19,260 nucleotides of DNA from Ktedonobacteraceae bacterium. GTDB lineage: Bacteria; Chloroflexota; Ktedonobacteria; Ktedonobacterales; Ktedonobacteraceae. The stretch lies in the NCBI GenBank assembly GCA_034436045.1, contig DAOTVZ010000016.1, forward strand, positions 1-19,260, in the 5' to 3' direction. The notes under the pieces were generated by a model. That model was not told the origin of the DNA, searched no databases, and saw only the letters and a list, made by a program, of their open reading frames with translations. This document shows, one piece after another, positions 15,129-19,260 of this stretch (the first letter of the stretch is position 1; the number at the start of each line of letters is the position of its first letter). The position numbers and the translations under genes were made by a program.

Positions 15129-15223
15129 AAACAACATATGATAAGTTGTACTAAGATCATAGTGCCGATAGACGCACTTTGTCAAGACCACAAAGCAGGC
15201 ACGTAGGCAAGACAGCCGACCCT

Positions 15224-16819
15224 TTATACCTTATGCAGTGTGCCCCCTGTCATCAGCACGCCCAACTGCTCCTCGGTAGCGTCGGGATTGACGATATCGA
15301 CGATGCGGCCTTCATACATAACGGCGATACGGTCAGAGAGCGAGCGAATCTCGTCCAGTTCGGCGGAGACGAGCAGGACGGCTTTGCCTGCGTCGCGTTG
15401 CTCGATCAGGCGGCGATGAATGAACTCAATGGCCCCGATATCGACGCCGCGTGTGGGTTGCGCGGCGATCAGCGCCACCGGATTGCTGGCAAGCTCGCGC
15501 GCTACAACCACCTTCTGCTGGTTGCCGCCGGAGAGCGCACGCGCCGGTACTGCCGCCGAGGGCGTGCGCACATCGAAATCTTTGATTAACCGATTGGCCC
15601 AGGCTTGAATCTGCTTGAGCAGCAGGACAAAGCCGCGCCAGGAGAATTGCGGCCAGCGCTGCCGACCCAGGATGGTGTTGTCCTCAATCGAATCGGTTAG
15701 CACCAGGCCACTGCCACGCCGGTCTTCTGGAATATGCGCCAGGCCAACCCGTCGTACCGCCTGCGCGCCGAGAGTGGTAATATCCTGCTCCACACTTTTG
15801 CCACCCTGCATAACCGTCAATGTAACCTTGCCACTCGTGACGGGGCGCATGCCGGTCAGCACCTCAACCAGTTCGCTCTGGCCGTTGCCCTCGACGCCCG
15901 CGATGCCCAGAATTTCACCGGCATGCACATCGAAGCTCACATCTTGCAACACTTCCAGGTCACGATCTGATCGCGCGTGTAGATGCTCGACATGGAGTAC
16001 AACGGGACCGGGATGGGCGGGCGTCTTCTCCACGCGCAGCAGCACCTCGCGGCCCACCATCATGCGCGCGATCTCGGCCTGATTCGTTTCCTTTGTAATC
16101 AGCCCACCCACATTCTTGCCACGCCGCATCACCGTGACTCTATCGGTCAACTCCAGCACCTCGCGCAACTTGTGAGTAATAAAGATGATGGTCTTGCCTT
16201 GTGCCACCAGACCGCGTAGCACGCCAAAGAGTTCATCGGTTTCTTGCGGCGTCAAAACGCCGGTCGGCTCGTCCATGACCAGGATATCTGCGCCGCGATA
16301 GAGTACCTTGAGAATCTCAACGCGCTGTTGCAAGCCGACAGAGAGCTTCTCGATACGCAGATCAGGGTCGATGGGCAGGCCATACTGGCGGCTTAGCGCC
16401 TGAATATCGGCTCTGGCCTTGCGCACATTGTAGGGTGCGGCCAGCCCACCGGGTTCGCGGCCCAGCACGATATTCTCCGCTACAGTGAGCGGCGGGATGA
16501 GCATGAAATGTTGATGTACCATGCCGATGCCGAGCCGGATGGCGTCACGCGGCCCATTGATATGCGCCAGTTGTCCATTAATATAGATTTCGCCACTATC
16601 AGGACGTACCAGGCCATAGAGAATATTCATTAGCGTCGTTTTGCCCGCGCCATTCTCGCCCACCAGCGCATGAATTTCGCCTTTGCGCACGGCAAGGTTG
16701 ACATGATCGTTGGCAACCACGCCTGGCCACGCTTTATAGATTTCGCGCATCTCAACGGCTAACGGCGCATCCATGTCGGCAACCAGCGTACTGGCTATCT
16801 GTTCTTGCATATGCCTCAT
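15224..16819 (-). CDS. ABC transporter ATP-binding protein with two tandem nucleotide-binding domains (CUT2 / sugar-nucleoside type)
   Basis: 531 aa. Two Walker A motifs (GENGAGKTT; second [15 protein letters not shown]), ABC signatures ([23 protein letters not shown]) and Walker B motifs. The true start may be the second Met at 16810 (RBS AGGAAGG). Confidence 0.9.
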   Translation of the reverse strand: MRHMQEQIASTLVADMDAPLAVEMREIYKAWPGVVANDHVNLAVRKGEIHALVGENGAGKTTLMNILYGLVRPDSGEIYINGQLAHINGPRDAIRLGIGMVHQHFMLIPPLTVAENIVLGREPGGLAAPYNVRKARADIQALSRQYGLPIDPDLRIEKLSVGLQQRVEILKVLYRGADILVMDEPTGVLTPQETDELFGVLRGLVAQGKTIIFITHKLREVLELTDRVTVMRRGKNVGGLITKETNQAEIARMMVGREVLLRVEKTPAHPGPVVLHVEHLHARSDRDLEVLQDVSFDVHAGEILGIAGVEGNGQSELVEVLTGMRPVTSGKVTLTVMQGGKSVEQDITTLGAQAVRRVGLAHIPEDRRGSGLVLTDSIEDNTILGRQRWPQFSWRGFVLLLKQIQAWANRLIKDFDVRTPSAAVPARALSGGNQQKVVVARELASNPVALIAAQPTRGVDIGAIEFIHRRLIEQRDAGKAVLLVSAELDEIRSLSDRIAVMYEGRIVDIVNPDATEEQLGVLMTGGTLHKV

Positions 16820-16824
16820 CCTTC

Positions 16825-17766
16825 CTATTCTGTGCCCGGCTCATAGGGAATGCCATCGGCAGCCGGTGGAATGGTGCGACCGACGAGGCCGACGAGGGCG
16901 ATCAGCGTCAGCAGGTAGGGCAGGATGCTGAGCAAATTAGGGGAGACGCCGGTGCTTTGCAAACGCGGACTTAACGCCTCGCCCAGACCAAAGACTAAAC
17001 AGGCTCCGGCGGTGCCCCAGGGTGTATATTTGCCGAAGATCATGGCTGCCAGCGCGATAAAGCCCGCCCCCGCCGTCATGTTGGTGACGAAGTTGCCGGA
17101 GATGCCCTGCGAGAGATAGGCCCCCGCCAGACCGGAGAGCAGGCCGCTCCCAACCACGCAGCAGTAACGCACCAGACGCACATTGACGCCCGCCGTGTCT
17201 GCCGCCTGTGGATGCTCGCCCACGGCGCGAATGCGCAAGCCAACATTGGTGTTAAAGAGCAGAAACTGAATGCCGATCAGAATCAGGATGGCAACATAAA
17301 AAACAATGTTCTGCTGAAAGAGGACCGGGCCAAGAAAGGGGATATGGGAGATCGGCCCTAAAGAAACATTGTTGAGACGTAGATTATTATTCAAGTGTGG
17401 CACACCCTGGCCAGACTGAAGCGAGAGATAATCCGTCAGGCCCAGCGCCGCCAGGTTGATGGCGATGCCGCTCACAATCTGATCGGCCTTGAAGTTGATA
17501 GAGACGATAGCGTGGATCAGCGCCATCAGGCCACCGGCCACCATCGCGCCCAGCACGCCGATGAGCGCATTATGCGCGGACAGCGCGATCACCACACCGG
17601 CATAGGCTCCGGTGAGCATCATGCCTTCCATCGCAATATTCACCACGCCACTGCGCTCGGAGATCACACCGCCGAGGGCCGGGAGCAACAAGAGCGCACC
17701 AAACTGAAGCGAGGCCGCCCATAAATCGCTGCTCAGTAGAACATGTAGTAACGTTTGAAAGAACAT
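16825..17766 (-). CDS. ABC transporter permease (BMP-family / CUT2-type)
   Basis: 313 aa, polytopic hydrophobic protein. A 3-nt gap to the upstream permease stop suggests translational coupling. Confidence 0.82.
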   Translation of the reverse strand: MFFQTLLHVLLSSDLWAASLQFGALLLLPALGGVISERSGVVNIAMEGMMLTGAYAGVVIALSAHNALIGVLGAMVAGGLMALIHAIVSINFKADQIVSGIAINLAALGLTDYLSLQSGQGVPHLNNNLRLNNVSLGPISHIPFLGPVLFQQNIVFYVAILILIGIQFLLFNTNVGLRIRAVGEHPQAADTAGVNVRLVRYCCVVGSGLLSGLAGAYLSQGISGNFVTNMTAGAGFIALAAMIFGKYTPWGTAGACLVFGLGEALSPRLQSTGVSPNLLSILPYLLTLIALVGLVGRTIPPAADGIPYEPGTE

Positions 17767-17769
17767 GCT

Positions 17770-19107
17770 TCACTCCTCTTCACCTGAGATGAGCGTCGCG
17801 TCAGCGCCCTGCTCTGCACTTTCGCCAGTTTGCCCGTTCTGCCCATTATCGGCAAGCCCGTTTTCCGGCAAGGGAACGACCGTTGCGCCCATAATGGCCG
17901 GCACCAGTGCGGGACGGCGCGAACGCCCCGACCAGCGCGCCCATGCGCGCTGAATGGAAGGCAGGAACTCGGCGGCAATGCTGAACAGGACAAGCGCCTG
18001 AATAATGTACACCAGATCACCGGGGATGTTGGCGTTGATCTGCATGAAAGTACCGCCCTGGCGCAGACCACCGAACAGGAAGGCGGAGATCAACACGCCA
18101 ATGGCGGTGGTGCGTCCCAGGAGCGCCACCCCAATGGCATCGAAGCCGGTAGGATCGATGCTAAAGGTAGTGGCAATCAACTGATAGGGGAACTGACCCA
18201 TCAGGTGGATGGCACCGGCCAGGCCGGAGAATGCGCCGGAGATCGCCATCACCAGAACTATGTTGCGTTTTATCGGAATACCAGCATACTTAGCCGCCTT
18301 CTGGTTCTGTCCGATGACGCGAATCTCATATCCTAACGTCGTGCGCGTGGTGATGAACCAGTAGACGACGAGGGCCAGCAGCGCCAGGAAGATCGTCATG
18401 TCCGCCGGATAAGAAAGCGGGTTGGCGATTTTGGGTAGGAAACCGCCAAACGTCTGGTTATAAAACTGCACGAGTGTGGGAATGGTGGCTTTCGGCGGTA
18501 GAGGGGGTGTCTGGTCGGCCTCGTTGGGGGCCTTAAATGGGCCGTCAATCAGGTAATCGGTGAAATAGAAAGCGATCCAGTTGAGCATAATCGTCGTAAC
18601 GACCTCGTGCGCTCCGCGCCACGCTTTAAGCAAGCCCACAATACCACCCCAGATTGCGCCCGCTATCATACTGGCGATGAGCATGAACGGGATAAGGATA
18701 ATGGAAGGCAGGAATGGCATCTTAAAGGCAATAATCCCGGCGGTGGTGGCCCCAACAGCGAGTTGGCCCTCTGCGCCGATGTTGAAGAGACCGGCACGAA
18801 AGGCGAGAGCGACCGAGAGACCGGTGAGGATCAATGGGCCAACGCGCACAAGCGTAAACGAGAGGCTCTGCGGATCACCAATGGAGCCTTGCACCAGCGA
18901 GGCATAGGCGGCAAAGACAGCATTGAGGCGATCACCCGGCGAGCCTGGGGTAGTGATGATGATAACGATGCCACCAGCGACGATGGCGAGCAGCAAGGCA
19001 AAGAGCGGGCGGGCCAGCGCAGAACCAAGCCTGCGCATCCACGCCGTAAACCGTAACGCGACCGGGCGCTGTTCAGACCCCCGGCGCGGTGCTGATGACG
19101 CGGCCAT
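17770..19107 (-). CDS. ABC transporter permease (BMP-family / CUT2-type) with an acidic, low-complexity C-terminal tail
   Basis: 445 aa, multiple TM helices. RBS AAGGAGAA 7 nt upstream of ATG 19107. Tail: PENGLADNGQNGQTGESAEQGADATLISGEEE. Confidence 0.82.
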   Translation of the reverse strand: MAASSAPRRGSEQRPVALRFTAWMRRLGSALARPLFALLLAIVAGGIVIIITTPGSPGDRLNAVFAAYASLVQGSIGDPQSLSFTLVRVGPLILTGLSVALAFRAGLFNIGAEGQLAVGATTAGIIAFKMPFLPSIILIPFMLIASMIAGAIWGGIVGLLKAWRGAHEVVTTIMLNWIAFYFTDYLIDGPFKAPNEADQTPPLPPKATIPTLVQFYNQTFGGFLPKIANPLSYPADMTIFLALLALVVYWFITTRTTLGYEIRVIGQNQKAAKYAGIPIKRNIVLVMAISGAFSGLAGAIHLMGQFPYQLIATTFSIDPTGFDAIGVALLGRTTAIGVLISAFLFGGLRQGGTFMQINANIPGDLVYIIQALVLFSIAAEFLPSIQRAWARWSGRSRRPALVPAIMGATVVPLPENGLADNGQNGQTGESAEQGADATLISGEEE

Positions 19108-19184
19108 AGAACGTTCTCCTTACAGGGGAGCAGACGATACGACGAAATAAGATACCGCAACAGGGTATCCGCGATTTGTTCCCT

Positions 19185-19193
19185 AGTATACCA
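19185..19193 (-). promoter_or_regulatory. Possible extended -10 promoter element TGGTATACT (minus strand) for the ABC transporter operon, followed by a leader hairpin GATACCGCAACAGGGTATC (19151-19169)
   Basis: Same 9-mer TGGTATACT as upstream of the ANTAR regulator gene. No good -35. Confidence 0.25.
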
Positions 19194-19260
19194 CAGCCAT
19201 TCAATCAGATAGCTACTCAAGGGTGTGCGTCAACATTTTGCACAAGCAGCAAGGCGACCG

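Overview
The window is a high-GC chromosomal segment with mostly housekeeping content; the compound palindromic repeats suggest a Chloroflexi/Ktedonobacteria-like organism. Genes, in order: tRNA-guanine transglycosylase (tgt), a lipoate-protein ligase / octanoyltransferase family enzyme, and a two-gene unit (GlcG/DUF336 heme-binding-like protein plus a disordered two-TM membrane protein) behind a near-consensus promoter. Then comes a type-I-beta DAHP synthase whose long leader carries a strong promoter, a 28-codon upstream ORF with a Phe-Tyr-Tyr-Trp-Phe codon run, and an intrinsic-terminator hairpin; this is read as a candidate ribosome-mediated aromatic-amino-acid attenuator. Next are an orphan REC-ANTAR response regulator, a RicT/PSP1 protein with a Cys/Gly-rich tail, a 4-TM SPFH/band-7 protein with Q/P-rich regions, a convergent zinc-ribbon membrane protein, a YabN-like tetrapyrrole-methylase-fold/MazG fusion, and a minus-strand rib cluster (ribBA-ribH-ribE) preceded by an FMN riboswitch about 380 nt upstream. 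A three-gene CUT2/BMP-type ABC transporter (two permeases, tandem-NBD ATPase) closes the window on the minus strand. Two intergenic regions (about 4123-4309 and 10131-10512) hold related arrays of an almost perfectly palindromic hairpin repeat (GTAGGGGCGTCATTCATGACGCCCTG). Each array sits directly upstream of a sigma70-like promoter. They are not CRISPR arrays, and no transposase or defence-type gene is present. All calls are made by eye from the sequence; no searches or folding computations were run.
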